A stretch of 62,298 bases of DNA, the filler included, from Choristocarpus tenellus KU-1152 (lineage: Eukaryota; Protista; Phaeophyceae): assembly GCA_964200185.2 (NCBI GenBank). It is 6 parts of 6 records of this genome, joined end to end, with 100 filler letters (N's around TTAATTAATTAA, not from the genome) between each part and the next. Parts side by side here need not be neighbours in the genome. Positions count along the whole stretch, not along the records: positions 1 to 18,543 come from CAXNAD020000541.1; positions 18,644 to 39,808 come from CAXNAD020000360.1; 4 more parts are not named here. One strand, given 5' to 3'. The position numbers were made by a program, and so were the translations under genes. Below are positions 12,201 to 24,841 of the stretch, one piece after another (the first letter of the stretch is position 1; every line of letters begins with the position of its first letter). A model generated the notes under the pieces. That model was not told the DNA's origin. It made no database searches and saw only the letters and a program-made list of their open reading frames with translations.

Positions 12201-13797
12201 CTTTGATGAAATTTTGTCCTTCATTGCCTTTGTACAGTATTGAGGATCCTGCCTCCCTCTCTAGCTGTGGGTTGTCTGAGTCTCCCCTCGGGTCCTATAT
12301 CATCAAATTGGCAGCATCATCTTTTCAGTAGTTGATAATGTGCTCAAAGCATAGGCAAGAAGTGTACTCTAATATTCTTGTGAAGCCTGCCCCTCTGCTC
12401 TCAACCAAAAATATATCCTCAACTCATTTGACTCTCCCCACTGGTTGCAATATTGTGCAAATAGTATCCACTCAAGAAATCTTTCGCCATTACCCAATGG
12501 AAGAGGTAGATCACCCATAAAAAAAGGCGCTGAATATTCTAGTATAAGCAAGCAACTAACTCACCAGAACTCGAACTGCACAAAAATCCCCCATACAGGA
12601 AAAGGAACTCGGGTAGTGTTTTCCACCTGGAGCCCTTCCTCTACTCTCATTGGCTGCAGCTTCAGCATCTCTCATACCAACGGCCATAGTTGAACAAGAG
12701 GCCTTGATCGCACCACTGTCACCACCCAAACCGACAAGAGCAGAAGAAGCACTAAAGTTTCTTCCCCTCAAAGTCGTGTCGTTCTCCTTCTCCATCAAAG
12801 CTGCATGGGAGATGGCATCAACGATGCCACCAACGCCCCCAACCCCAGCACCACGTGGCAATTCTACAACCTCAGCAGCACGATCAATCGCCTTACTTGT
12901 CACTCTTTGCCTGCCATTAAAGGCATCCGAGGCAAAAGATGTTGCCACACGACCTTTCTGGGCTGGAGTAGGCGGACCTCCCATGTCTCTATGCATAGCC
13001 AGGGCCACTTCTCTGCCAAGGAATGTCCCCCGTCCATAGAGTCCTTCTTTCCTGACATCTGCAAGACGCAGATCTTGAGCTGCATCGCCAAGAGCAATAG
13101 TTGTGTCACCTACCCAAACGAGCCAAATCTGGCCGGCTTCGTCAATTACATAATCGCAGTCCATGTGCAAGATGCGGGTTGGAGCTTTCTGCCCAGCTTC
13201 CAGGAACTTCACAATGCTTTGTGTAACAGAATCTAGGGCGACGTTGATCCGTACAGCATTGCTTTTAACTAAATTGACGTCACTGTTACTCCAGCTTGAG
13301 ATTGGAAGATCAAATTGATTCGAATGCAATGTTGTGAAAGAACTAGTGCTTGTCACCACTAGGCCCTTGTCGTTCACCACAGTGTAAGAGTTGCGATAAA
13401 CAGTGCCCCCCAGGCCTTTGCTCTGGATGTAGCACTGTATGGCCAGGATACCTGGCTCTGCAGGAGGGAACTTCTGCATCATCTCCTTGAAACTGGCCTG
13501 GCCTAAGTTTCGGACAGTGCCATCTCCGAAGCGGACAGTTGCCACTCGTCGCTGAGGATTGTTGGGATTCGTCGACGATAAGCGAGTGAAGCGTTCTTTT
13601 ACTGCTGCCTTTCGCACTGATCGCTTGGCAAGTACCTCGCCGGTCTTTGATGTAAAGAGCCAGGCCTGCACCGCCCCATCTTGGAAGAGGACAGTGTCTG
13701 GAATACCTAGCCGCAGTTGTTGATGCCCACTTGGGCTGACGACATGGGCGAGAACCCATACTGGTGACCGAACCGTATTGTCACGCTTGGCCGTCAT
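264..13797 (-). CDS. Large multi-exon signalling protein, 3'-partial: ATP-grasp-like N-terminal domain + response-regulator receiver (REC) + non-canonical alpha/beta-hydrolase + IQ motifs
   Basis: Thirteen GT-AG exons join in frame (approx.): 13797-12565, 11989-11474, 10899-10336, 9747-9634, 8950-8746, 7979-7627, 7177-7016, 6465-6333, 5624-5362, 3993-3760, 3217-2321, 840-641, 456-264. REC motifs: VLLAEGD, DVLLVDRDLPVMDG, PIICIT, GMDGCVSKP. Hydrolase motifs: WNYPGQ, HLVGFGNGG, AGHE. IQ motifs: VQGVLRRYL, IQRIFRGWQGR, VQRNWRGHASR, IQRVWRASMAR. No stop reached; the gene continues past position 1. Confidence 0.85.
4429..4701 (+). mobile_element. MITE family A (~255 bp), intronic, TSD GTAT
   Basis: Imperfect TIRs GAGTGAAAGTATCTTAGAGGGTA...TACCCTCTAAGATACTTTGGCTC. 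GTAT flanks both ends. Small N gap inside. Confidence 0.9.
9342..9597 (+). mobile_element. MITE family A, diverged copy
   Basis: Colinear with the other copies (gagggtatgagttttgccctg...aaggtgtgtctgg...gctctacc); termini degenerate. Confidence 0.75.
9845..10105 (+). mobile_element. MITE family A copy with TTAGGGTTAGGG in its left TIR
   Basis: Full-length match to family A, with a 4-nt GGTT insertion in the TIR. Confidence 0.85.
10194..10299 (+). mobile_element. MITE family A, 3' half only
   Basis: tattgacacttcctaacaaac...ctctaagatactttgactc matches the right half of family A. Confidence 0.8.
11196..11453 (+). mobile_element. MITE family A, TSD AGTG
   Basis: Both TIRs intact, AGTG on both flanks; lies about 20 nt from the splice donor at 11473. 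Confidence 0.9.
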
Positions 13798-14102
13798 GTT
13801 CCCTTATCGTTATTGAGACCTCGACTGCTTATCTATCCCATCCTAGCTGCAAATCCTAGCTTTCTCCATCTCTACGTCCTTCGCGAAAGACTCCCATTGG
13901 CGTTCACCAATATTGATTCCCACTACGCACTATTTTTTGTACTTAGAGTAAGTGAAACTGCCAGAAACGGTGTACAATCCCAGAACGAAAATGAAAAAAC
14001 GAAGAACAAAGAATGTGACGTGGGTCGTGGAAAAAAAACACACACGTTAAATAAAAAACGTGTAAAAAGGTTGTGGTTTAGATGGAAACATAATTAGAAA
14101 TA

Positions 14103-14740
14103 GTCCACGTTCCGTATGGAATTGAGTACATCATCTCTCAAGGGGTGACAAAACCAGACACCAACACCAAGACACCAACACCAAGTTTATTCAAAAGAGT
14201 AGGGTGGAGGAGTTGGAGGTTGAAGTTGAGAGTCAGTGGTTCGGTTTTGAATCAGAGATGGATGTTAAGTTGTACATAAAATAAGGTACGGATCTCCATG
14301 TAGTAGTGGCATGTGAAATAATTGATGGTGTTCAGGTGGTTGGATGTTCTTATGTAGAAATAATAATAAAACAAAACAAGAGATGGCTGATCCAAATCCC
14401 ACATGGAATTGTGTACGCCATCTCTACTAAAGGGACAACAAAATAAGACACCAACATAAAACTGGTCAATAAAGTGGGGTGGAGGGGTTGAAGATTGAAA
14501 TTGAAGGAACGATGATAGATGAAAACAAAGGTAGAGATGATTGGTCCACAATCCCATCCATATGGAATTCGGTACGTCAACTCTAAAGGGGTCACAAAAT
14601 CAGACGTCAACATAAATCCGTTTTGTAGAGTAGAGTGGAGGAGTTGAGGGTTGAAGATGAGAGATAAGTGGTTCCGTTTTGAATCAGAGAAGGGCGTCGA
14701 GTTCTACATAGATTAGGGACCGTAGCTACCTCCATGTAGT
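14103..14740. repeat. Three diverged direct repeats (~130-200 bp)
   Basis: Units start near 14103, 14390 and 14545 and share atggaatt.gtac...ctct.aagggg...caaaa..agac..caaca...gtggagg.gttga.g.ttgaa. Confidence 0.75.
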
Positions 14741-17700
14741 CAGCCAAACCAATTGAGAGGTAGGCAGGTTTGGACCATTTTGCACTCTAAGCCATCTTTC
14801 TTTCCCCGCGCAATACTCTATTTAATTGCTTATGTATGTGCACAGTACTCCACGAAAAGCTTATATTCCCCTTTTCCACACACAAAGTTACATCATAATT
14901 AAGCAAAGACTCTTTCTGCAATAATTGTACAAAAAAACGTTTTTTAATCTTAAAATGTATTCTGCCTACCCCTCAATTGTTGTTTGGTTGAATTTACAGT
15001 TGGGTGTTTGGAAATCAGGTTGAAGTTGTGGTTTGATTATTAAGTGATTGAATGAAGGTATATGGCATACATAGCCGAACGAAGTGGTTGGGCGGTCTTC
15101 TTGCAGTAAGAAGTGGGAAAGGACTCTCGAGAAGAAGTCCAACATTGATACGGGAACCATTTATTCACCCTACTATGATGTGTAAGCAGACGAGACCTTC
15201 AGGGTTAGTTAAGATATTGCTGAGGAAAGGAGAGGATGCAACCGTGAAGCAAACACACTCTTCTCATAGCCACCAAAGAGTCAAATTAAACGAGAAGTGG
15301 CCAGGTTTGGACCATTTAGCTTTTAAAGCTATTTTTTTACAATTTACAATTCACCCTTATTTTATGATTTCTCATTGTGTAAATAATTTTCGACAGAATT
15401 CAGAAGATTTTCCATACGCAAGTAAATGTACAAAAGGCCAAATTTCGCACAATATATATCTATATATCTATATCTTAATAGGTCACTTGAACTTCTATCT
15501 TCCTTGTTGATTACATTGTTACTATAACAACAGTGAAATTATCCAGGGCTTTTCAACGGGCCAGGCAGTTAGCATGTCCACTGTGGGCACATATTACGTT
15601 GAAACGGTATATGGTCACGAGTTGGTCGTGTTCCAACTTGGTTGTACATGCACAGGCGGTAATCTCGGTCAGGTTGAAACAGTCGATGGCCATGGACTCA
15701 GTCACGTTCTAACTTATTGGCACACGGCTGGTTGGTGGTCCCAATCATGTTTAGTAGTGACGGTCATAGACTCGGCCATGTTTGAAGATTTTATCTATGG
15801 CTGGCCAATAAATATTTTTTGACACTCAAACCAACCACATCATATAGTAGCGATGACTACATATTTACCGCTACTTCCTTTCTTTATTCTTGTATCTTGT
15901 ATTATTATTATTATTATTATGCCCTCTTACATTTTGCAGATGTGTCAGGGGGGAAACCAATGAAACTGTATCTTGTATCGTATACGACCGACCACCTGTT
16001 AGTCTATGTACTAAGAGTCAAATATATACATTGATTTTCTATATTCCAAGCTGAATTCTAAGAAATCCAGGCATAATGCCTCCTCCTGTTACATAGTCTT
16101 CATGATTTCAAACCAAGAAAGTCCAGAGATGATTTGAAAGAGTACAATCTATTATGCACATAATGGAATACTTCCAGTATTTCCTATTTTGTACTGTTGC
16201 ATATACGGCAACTTCTCGTTGTTGTGATAGCGGAAGAAACCCCTCAATAACGCTACAATGACAACAAACAGCAATAACTTACGGTGTACCCTGTAGGTTC
16301 TATGGGAGTTGTTCGAATATTTACTACTACTGATAATAAACACTTTCAGACTCTCATTTCCAGCGAAAACCAGACCAAAAGAAAAGTAGTAGTAGGGCTT
16401 TCCCAACATCAAGCTATTTGCTCCCTTAGAGGAGGGTCAAATTGGTAAGGCCATTTTGGGTGTTTGTGGTTTTTTTAAACCCTGTCCGACACCCCATTCC
16501 CATGCCTGAAATGCAGTTAGTTACCCCCCCTTAAGTGTTGGGACTACAGCAGAGAAGACAAAAGTTGGTTTCCATCAGTTCAATGTCACCCTTAAGAGTG
16601 GTAGAAGCACATACATTTACCAGAAGGAAGTCACAGGGACCCAAATACTCAACGACACCTCCCTCTAAGATGGGATAGTTCTCAGCGTTGCATATTCCGG
16701 AGTAGAGTACTATACATGGATAGAAGAGATTAAGCTCTGCCCTAGCATGCCAGCTTCCACAGTCTACCGATCTAGGGGCTCCAAATATTGGATCCGTAGA
16801 GGTAAGAACTTAAACCGGGATAGTTGCAGAGGGGAACTCCGCAAATTCCAGTATATTCTTTGTTTCAATAAATATGAGAAACTCTCCGTTGACATGTCTT
16901 AGTTTTGAGTTAGAGTGATTAGCAAATTACTTAGATTGTTTATCAGGGTAACACTGAGTTGCTATGAAAGCATAGAGTTCTGAGGTAGGAAAAACCTGTT
17001 CTTTAACAACCATCATGATGCTGTTGGTCGTGACATCACCAGAATACCTAAGCAGTCAGATTTTCCTGCGAACTAAACATTTGAAATAACTTTTTTATAT
17101 GATGGAGTGCACAACTACAACACAACAAGTAGTTACTTCGAGATAACTTCTAAGCTACTCTAATCTACCCATCTGTCAACTAACCAAACCATGTACGTGT
17201 AACCCAGACAGTACCTTGCTGTAGCCACTGACATGGAATTGTCACAATAGAAAAGCTGTCAGTAGTGCTTTGACTTTGTCTTTGCTTCAAGGGAAGACCT
17301 GAGAACCAGATAGACAATACATGAACTTTTTTGATGTGCCAACATTTTAACATCAACAGTGAAAATACTTGTGGTTATTGCCATTAGCAATATTGTGGAT
17401 GTGTGGGCAAGGCTGCCACCAAGACACTAATTGTCACAATGTACGTAACCATTGCGATGAAATTAATGCAGCCCCAAAGTTATACGCCGTAGTCATCCCA
17501 ATCTTGGAGGGATCAATGCAGTGCATTCGAACACTAAAGTGCAATAAAACTCCACAGTATCTGTGAAGAAGACCGCTAGCTTACCTGATGCATTGTTCAC
17601 TATAAACTCATACCTGAAAGTATGAGGCATCAAAAATGCAGGAATTGGTGTACCTTGATTAATCATTATGTGTGTGTCTCTCGGCTCCCTGAAGACTCGA

Positions 17701-18543
17701 GCAATATCACCAACCTCTCAACCAAATCTGTAATGGCAAGTAATGTACTGAGTCATACTGAGGGGAGTACATGTTTTGATCATTTTGCACTCTATTTCCC
17801 CTTTTTTTTTTACCCTGTGCAATACACCATATTTCCAAACTTTACACACACAATAGAAGTTCCGAAAAGCGGAAATGTCACCGCAGAAAAGTGGATGATA
17901 ACAAAAATCACCATATTTGAACAAAGGCCCTCTTCGTAATGTATAAAAAGACGTGCATTGACCATTCTCAGGGATCCTTGAAACACTGTAGTATGTAACT
18001 CTCTCTCATCCAGTGTGACCTGTTGACATGATAAATACGTGGACCACCACTGAGTTTTACACTGCAAAGGGAAGAAAAAGAGAGTGAAGGAGAACAAATA
18101 ATAGCAAACAAAATATTATCGATCCTGTTAAATATATATATATGCAGTCCACCATTCCCACATCAGGCAGCATGTACTCCTCTGACCTATTCAGTGCGAT
18201 TGAAAACACAAGGACCAGAAAAGACCAACACATTTTCTGATACAGTGTAATACAAGCCCTTCAGATTGTTTAGAAAAATGAATGCATACCAGGGAAATGT
18301 ATATATAGGCAAACCTGAGAGGTGTTTCACAATCTAGGTGATCCTACCCTCATCCTGTGCAGTCTTATCTTTGCTCTTCATGGCTCAGACTTGGACAACA
18401 CATTTCAAGATATCACACACACCAGTGACACTCAGCACATGTTAGCAAGTAGAAAGCCATGCGATGTCTCAGAGTACAAGAGAGGATCAGCATGGGACAG
18501 ACTCAAAGTATCTGGGGGGGGGGAGGGTGGTTTGTGAGGAGAT

Positions 18544-18643
18544 NNNNNNNNNNNNNNNNNNNNNNNNNNNNNNNNNNNNNNNNNNNNTTAATTAATTAAN
18601 NNNNNNNNNNNNNNNNNNNNNNNNNNNNNNNNNNNNNNNNNNN
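18544..18643. other. Artificial contig linker (N-run/TTAATTAATTAA/N-run)
   Basis: 100-nt spacer with stops in all six frames, repeated identically five times in the window. Confidence 0.97.
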
Positions 18644-18699
18644 AAAAAAAAAAAGAAAAATAAAAAAAAAAAAAAAAAAATATTTGTTTTTTTAGTTAT

Positions 18700-18879
18700 G
18701 GGGGGGGGGGGGGGGGGGGGGGGGGGGTCCACACCAGGGTGTCCATTTGGGGCCTGACCAGGAGAAGTGAACTTACATTGTCCATCCGACGCTTGCAACC
18801 AAATCACCCAAAAATCGTGATAATATGGAAAAATGGACCCTGAATGGACAGTCAGTACCACCCCAAGATACTTGAAGCC
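18700..18879 (+). mobile_element. MITE family B copy at contig start
   Basis: Poly-G, then acaccagggtgtccatttgg...aagtgaacttacatt.tccatccgacg...aatggacagtc, matching 51630-51810. Confidence 0.75.
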
Positions 18880-20720
18880 TTTCCCATTTTGCTCCCTGAA
18901 CTCACTTTTTGGTTGACCTTGAATCATGTTTACAGAATAATAATAACAACAATAATAATAATTATTATAGTAATAATAACTGATAGACCTTTTGTTGTTG
19001 TGTTTGATTTATTCTCCCTTATCAGTCTTCTATTAATACTCTAATAATGCTGTTCTTGTTTTCTTTGCTTCATTTTTCTTTTTCCACATACATGAAAACC
19101 TCTTCAAATAATTTCAGTGGACATAGTAACATTAAAATTATGGCCACAGAATCACACGATTTATTTTTTCGACACCGGTGAGTTTATGCGGTTGGATGTT
19201 TAGGATATCTGGTTGAAGTTGTGGTTACACAACTTGATTGAATGAACGTATATTGCATTGCAGAGGTGGTCGGGTCGCCTTCATCCTCGCAACACAGAAT
19301 TCTTTTGGAGAACACTCCTGGATGCTTGAGCATGCTGCCAGCTTCACTTCATGCCTTGCCCAGTACACCCCTAAGTTCTTGTTAAAGTTCTCGAACTAAC
19401 TGTTCGATTAACAATGTCACTTGGGCTGTCGTAACGGCTCCTCCTCCAGGTAAACGTGCTGATAATAGGACAATCTGGTGAGATTCCTGCTGTGTTATTC
19501 TCCCCAGATGAGGCACAATCGATCGGTGATCCGAATTGTACGTCAAACCCTGGCATATTCGCCAGTTGATCCATTGGTCCTTTGTCAGCTACATTGATGA
19601 GGGGTGCAACCATGTTCTGAAGGGCATTGTCCATTGGAAGGGGCGTAACAACCCCCTGTGAACCATCACCGTCCTTTCTTTGCTACAGGATTTTACCGAA
19701 GCTTTCCCAAAAGCTTCAATGCAAGATTCTACCCTCCTTGTTGTGCTACCAGTAGTAGTAGCCCCTCCACTCTGCCTTGACCAATAATGTGGGTGGTTAA
19801 AGCAGGAATCTGGTCCGTTAGGTATGATCCCAATAAACAGCTCTTAAAAGACTGTCTTCTCTATAAGATTGTTACTAAGCATTAGATTTTATAACTTCAA
19901 CTATGACATTTTTTATGGTATTTATTGTTGGTATAATTAATAGTTTATTATTTGCTTTTACTCGACTACTACTATTACTATTATGTTAGCGCCAACTAAT
20001 TTGAGATAGACGTGTCCAATAATTTAAGATCCACGCTGTCATCCTTCAGCTACACCATGCATGGTGGTGTTTCTGTTGTGTCATAAGTTGTTGGATAAAC
20101 GAAAAAGTCCTGTTGGGTCCTGCCTGTTCAGGATCATAAGCCTTGCCGTCAAGTACTACTACTACTCCGTGAACCCTGTCCTGATTTTATCAAGTTTGCT
20201 CATTCTTCTGTATTGCACGGACTAGATTTTAATCGACAATTTGCTCTGACTCTTGGACTTAGCCATACCAATACCGAATGAATGCGTTGGTGCCTTTGGA
20301 AGTCCTACTCCTTCCTTCTTCGACACAACTGCACCACCACCCATCACCTCCTATTATTCTGTAATAGGTCTTTCACCATCATCACTACTACTGGTTCATA
20401 TATATATTTTCAACATTCACTATTCGAACTCTTCTAAATCTAACAAAGCACAACACACAATATACAACGCACAATGGACAACACACAACATACAACACAC
20501 AACACACAACACAGTAGTAGTAAACTATTACTATTGATTTTATAGGTATTGTGTTGCATTACAACCATCACACATCACATCGTCACTCACACACTTTTTT
20601 CCATCCCATCCAAATTTGTGTTATCTAACAACCTCATTATATTTGACCCTAAACGGAGTCAATTGCCGATACTCCGTGACATATTATCGAACTGTGTGTG
20701 GTACTCCTTCAGGGAACGAA

Positions 20721-22541
20721 ATGGAGGTTGAAGAGGAAATGGGAAGAGACCAAGTGTCAATGAATAAGGTAGGGAATGTGTTATGTACGAGAGTGTCCAA
20801 CATGCAACATGCAACATGCGCTACCGTACCGTCCTGTTGAACGGAAGACGTTCTGAGGAAAATTGATGTTTTCTCTAGTTACATGAGTGGATATGGTAAT
20901 CTGCAGTGAAGATATGAACTACCCATCTCAGACTAGATGCAAAATGCACTTATCTCGACACACCCGCTCTATCGCTCTCATTTTGTTGAGACCACTCTGG
21001 AAGTGCTTCCCATTGGTAATAGGGGTTCGCTATCCTTAACCTGCGACTGGGGAGTTGGCATAGGTGGAGGGTTATGGAGCACCGGCCTCCTTATGACAAA
21101 ACATCTGTGCGCCTACCCATCTTTCTATGACAACCTTCTTGCGGGCAGACGGGTCTTGGAACTGGGATCTGGGACTGGGCTTGTAGGTGAGGTTCTCGTA
21201 CATTTTAGGTTGCAGGAGAGATTCAATACATTTGTGATTAGCGAGCTTCTACTAGGGCGTTGGTGAACCGAAGTATGAAACATATCATCCTTAACACAAC
21301 AACCCCTACTCATGCCTTCATCCGAAGGTTTGACAGCGGCAATGTTTGGACCACCAAGTGAAGTGGTCATCACTGACTTGGCAAGTCACATAGATATATG
21401 TAGCCACAACCTTACTGCGAACGTCGACCTTATTCCGGTGAGACAACTCAAGTGTGATGTTAGTACAGTGGGTCGGTTACTGCTGTCTTCAATCTAATGG
21501 TACATTTATTCTTTCAACATCGCACATCGCTCCATCAGCCGACGATGGACTTGCGGCAAGGACAACCACGGTTGTAACCGGTTGAAGAGTAGGCATTCTA
21601 TGTTTTGAGTACATGTGACATGTTTTCTGCCACTCTCGACAAGAGTCCTGTTGGGAACGGACTAAAGAAGGGTCGGCCATTTTGAAGGCTTTGTGTGTTG
21701 TTCGTGGCCCTTCCTCTCAGGATCAATGCAAAGTGAGGGTGGAGGAGTACGACTGGGGAAGTGACTGTTCCTCCTCGCTGAGTAGGTTCCCATTTGACGT
21801 CGTCATAGGAACTGATGTGGCCTATTATGAGCATCTCCATGAGCCACTGATCAAGGTGAGATTTTTACTTTCCTATATTTATCTGTACCACAAATGTGTT
21901 CGGGGATAACACCTATTTAGTTATAAGGATATCTTCATATCGATCATAGCTGAAGAGTGGTGAACACATAAATGCTCAATAGACACCCCAAAACTAACCC
22001 TTGGGCGCAGGCTCTTCTGGCAACAACAGGCCCCGAAACACTGATCCTTTTGGGAGTGACACGGATGGATACAGGACCAGATTTCTTTGAAGCCTTGGAC
22101 CAGGTGAAATATGCGCATTTACCTCATTTCAGCCTACTTACAGTCTAGTGAAATGTTGTATTTACTTACAACATAATATGTAGCAGAAAACACCTAACCC
22201 TTAATATTCAGTACATTGTGTGCAGGTGTTGTCTGAGAACAGGTTGACTGTACATTGTCACACACAAAATGCATGGGTCTTCCCACTGTGATTGCAACTA
22301 CAGCATGTTGATTTTCAAGTTTATTCTTTTTTCTGTTGTCAACACTGTTGTTTGGGTCTTTTTATTATCCTCCATGTTTTCTCAAAGAAGAGTCCCTTTC
22401 ATCTATCTATGCCCAACGTGTACCCCTACTGTTCACATCATGTCAACACAGGCAGGATTTGAATTCTACCTCATGGAACAGGCTTCCAGCAACAAGGCAT
22501 TTGGACTGTTTTGTGTATTTAGGGAACGCCAGAACGCATAG
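20721..22541 (+). CDS. Seven-beta-strand protein-lysine methyltransferase (Methyltransf_16; METTL21/EEF2KMT-like)
   Basis: Exons approx. 20721-20768, 20937-21186, 21328-21437, 21721-21855, 22011-22103, 22452-22541. Motifs: GIGGGLW, RVLELGSGTGLVG (motif I), VVITD, YDWG, FDVVIGTDVAY (DxxY). Confidence 0.9.
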
Positions 22542-24841
22542 AACAGGTTTCCCTTTCTCTTTCTTTAGTTCATTTTCATATTGAGCAAATCCAGCATATT
22601 AGTTATGAGATTATACGAGATGATATGATAGAACTGTCCAGCACAATCTTGGAAGTTTGAGCAGACTTGTTCACTTTGTCATGAGTGCACATGTGGGCCT
22701 CTTGTGTTCCCCTCACCAGTTCAGATTGCATTGGGAAAAAACGCTCTGGTCTTGTGACTCATGCAAGGTCCACACCACAGACTATATCATTTCAGTTGTT
22801 GGTACCAAGGTCGTTGTCCTGTAATTGTCAACTCCATCTAGGATATCAAGTTTTGCGTATCTGTGATCTGGAAATGGTTTTGAAGGTTGAATTGGAGGAT
22901 AAGTGAGGATAGCTGCACAACAAATGGCACATTATGTGACTTGCTTTGTATTTAGATATTAAAATGGTTAAAATAGCTGCAGAATCCCAAAATATCAAAC
23001 CCCAGAGTCCTGTGTATGTTCATCCAGAAGGAAATTGAAAACATTACCTTGTTTTGAACTGCTGTGATTGCTATCATGAATGCAACATTCAAAATTCAGT
23101 AATTTGCAGAGGGTGTGACCACTCAACACCATCACACCTTCCACCACTTTCCACTCTACATTTCATTAACACAATTACAAATTTGTCATCTTAGCCTTAC
23201 GATATATCTGAACTCAGACGTGTGGTCAGAGGCACCTATCACACACACACACATATACTGCACTCCTTGTGGGTGTGAAGGAGTAAAAAAAAACATTCAA
23301 GGTTCTGCTGGGCTTGGTTTGTGAAATACTGTCTTGACAGCTAGGACTGGACCAAATGCTGGTTAGCTTTTACCAACTCCTCCAGGTACTGCTTTGCCCA
23401 CAAGATGTGTTTGTCACCACCATACAAAATAATGAACAGAAGGGGGTCAGAAGCAGAGGCCAAACCAAGGGATATACGAATCATAGAATCTTCTTCCCTT
23501 GAAGTAGGCACATTGGCTTATCCAGGGAGGGAGGGGTGAATGAGATAAACACTTACAGAGACAAGTTGAGTAAATCTGATCAGAATTGAGGCGAGAGACA
23601 TAGTACTGTAACTTGGCAATAATCTCTGTGACACATATTTTTGTTTGAATCGTTTTCCTCACTCACAGTGCTTGTCTCCTACGACATACAAATGAGATTC
23701 CATGGTCACCATTAATGACAACCTCTACTTCCAACATATTTTATTGGTTTGTTACTTCCAGTGCATGAGACAGGGATGGGCAGTGTCAAGGGTCACTGCA
23801 TTTATGACACACCAACACCACATAAGTATGTATGGAAAAGGCACATAAATACTGACATGCCTTGCACTAAACATGGACCACCTTTTGGGTGTATGTGATG
23901 AGCTGCACAACTGAACCCTAAAAATCTAATTTAAAGGTCCAGTACTCTAGCTATATATATAACCCAAAAGCAAATTCACAGTCAGTGTAATTCTGACTAG
24001 GAGTTGTGGACTCCAGCTTGGAGGTCATGTTCCCTTTCTGGGGTAACTACACAACATCTAGGGTATTGGGGATATTATTAATTACTTCAGTGTGGGACTA
24101 TCCCAGCCTGCAGTCAGAAAAACTACATACTGCACTACTTATCTTCCACCTACTGGGAAAATGGATATGCCCCTGGCATGAAAAATTTCAATGGACAAAA
24201 CACATTCAAAAGGTTTTATCGATGGTTACACAGAGTTTGGATTTAATTTAAATTTCATCGACATGAAATATGAAATACACCACTGGACTGACCAATAACA
24301 GCCAATAAATTGGGAATTTCAGATCAACGTCCTTAAAGTTACATACTGAGTTGCTTATTACCCTCACTACAGCTTTTTGATTAATCGGACGGACTAGGGA
24401 GGCACATTCTACAGTTAGGGTTGAATTAGGCATCTCCATAGTCCATCCAGTTCATCAAAAAAGTTATGCAAGGGTAATAAAGAAGTAAATCTGACATCAG
24501 AGGTTCTAATGGCTCCGCACAGTACAGTACAGGTGATGTCATTCCATAGTGCTTGTCATATGGACTTTGAATAATCAAGACCACATTTTACAGAAAAACA
24601 TATCTGGTGTCCAGGAGATTTGAACCCTTGAGACCAACCAACACATGGGATTCACACTATCAAGTAAACACTGACCTACAAAGATGCTTATTAGATAGGT
24701 CCACAGAACATCAGTGTATCATTGAGGGTCCCAACTTGGAGTGACAACCGCCTAGTAAACTAAAGAAAATCCAACCCACCTCATCATTGTGCCCTCTCTT
24801 GGTGAGAAACAGCAAATGTCCTGAGTGTCTTTGGACAAATC

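Noticed and set aside
15100-18500. Possible degraded transposon or retroelement coding sequence
   Set aside because: No RT, RNase H, integrase or transposase motif could be recognised in any frame.
18544-18643. TTAATTAATTAA palindrome within N-runs (five occurrences)
   Set aside because: Artificial linker. Genes on either side are not neighbours, so no cross-contig gene cluster is claimed.
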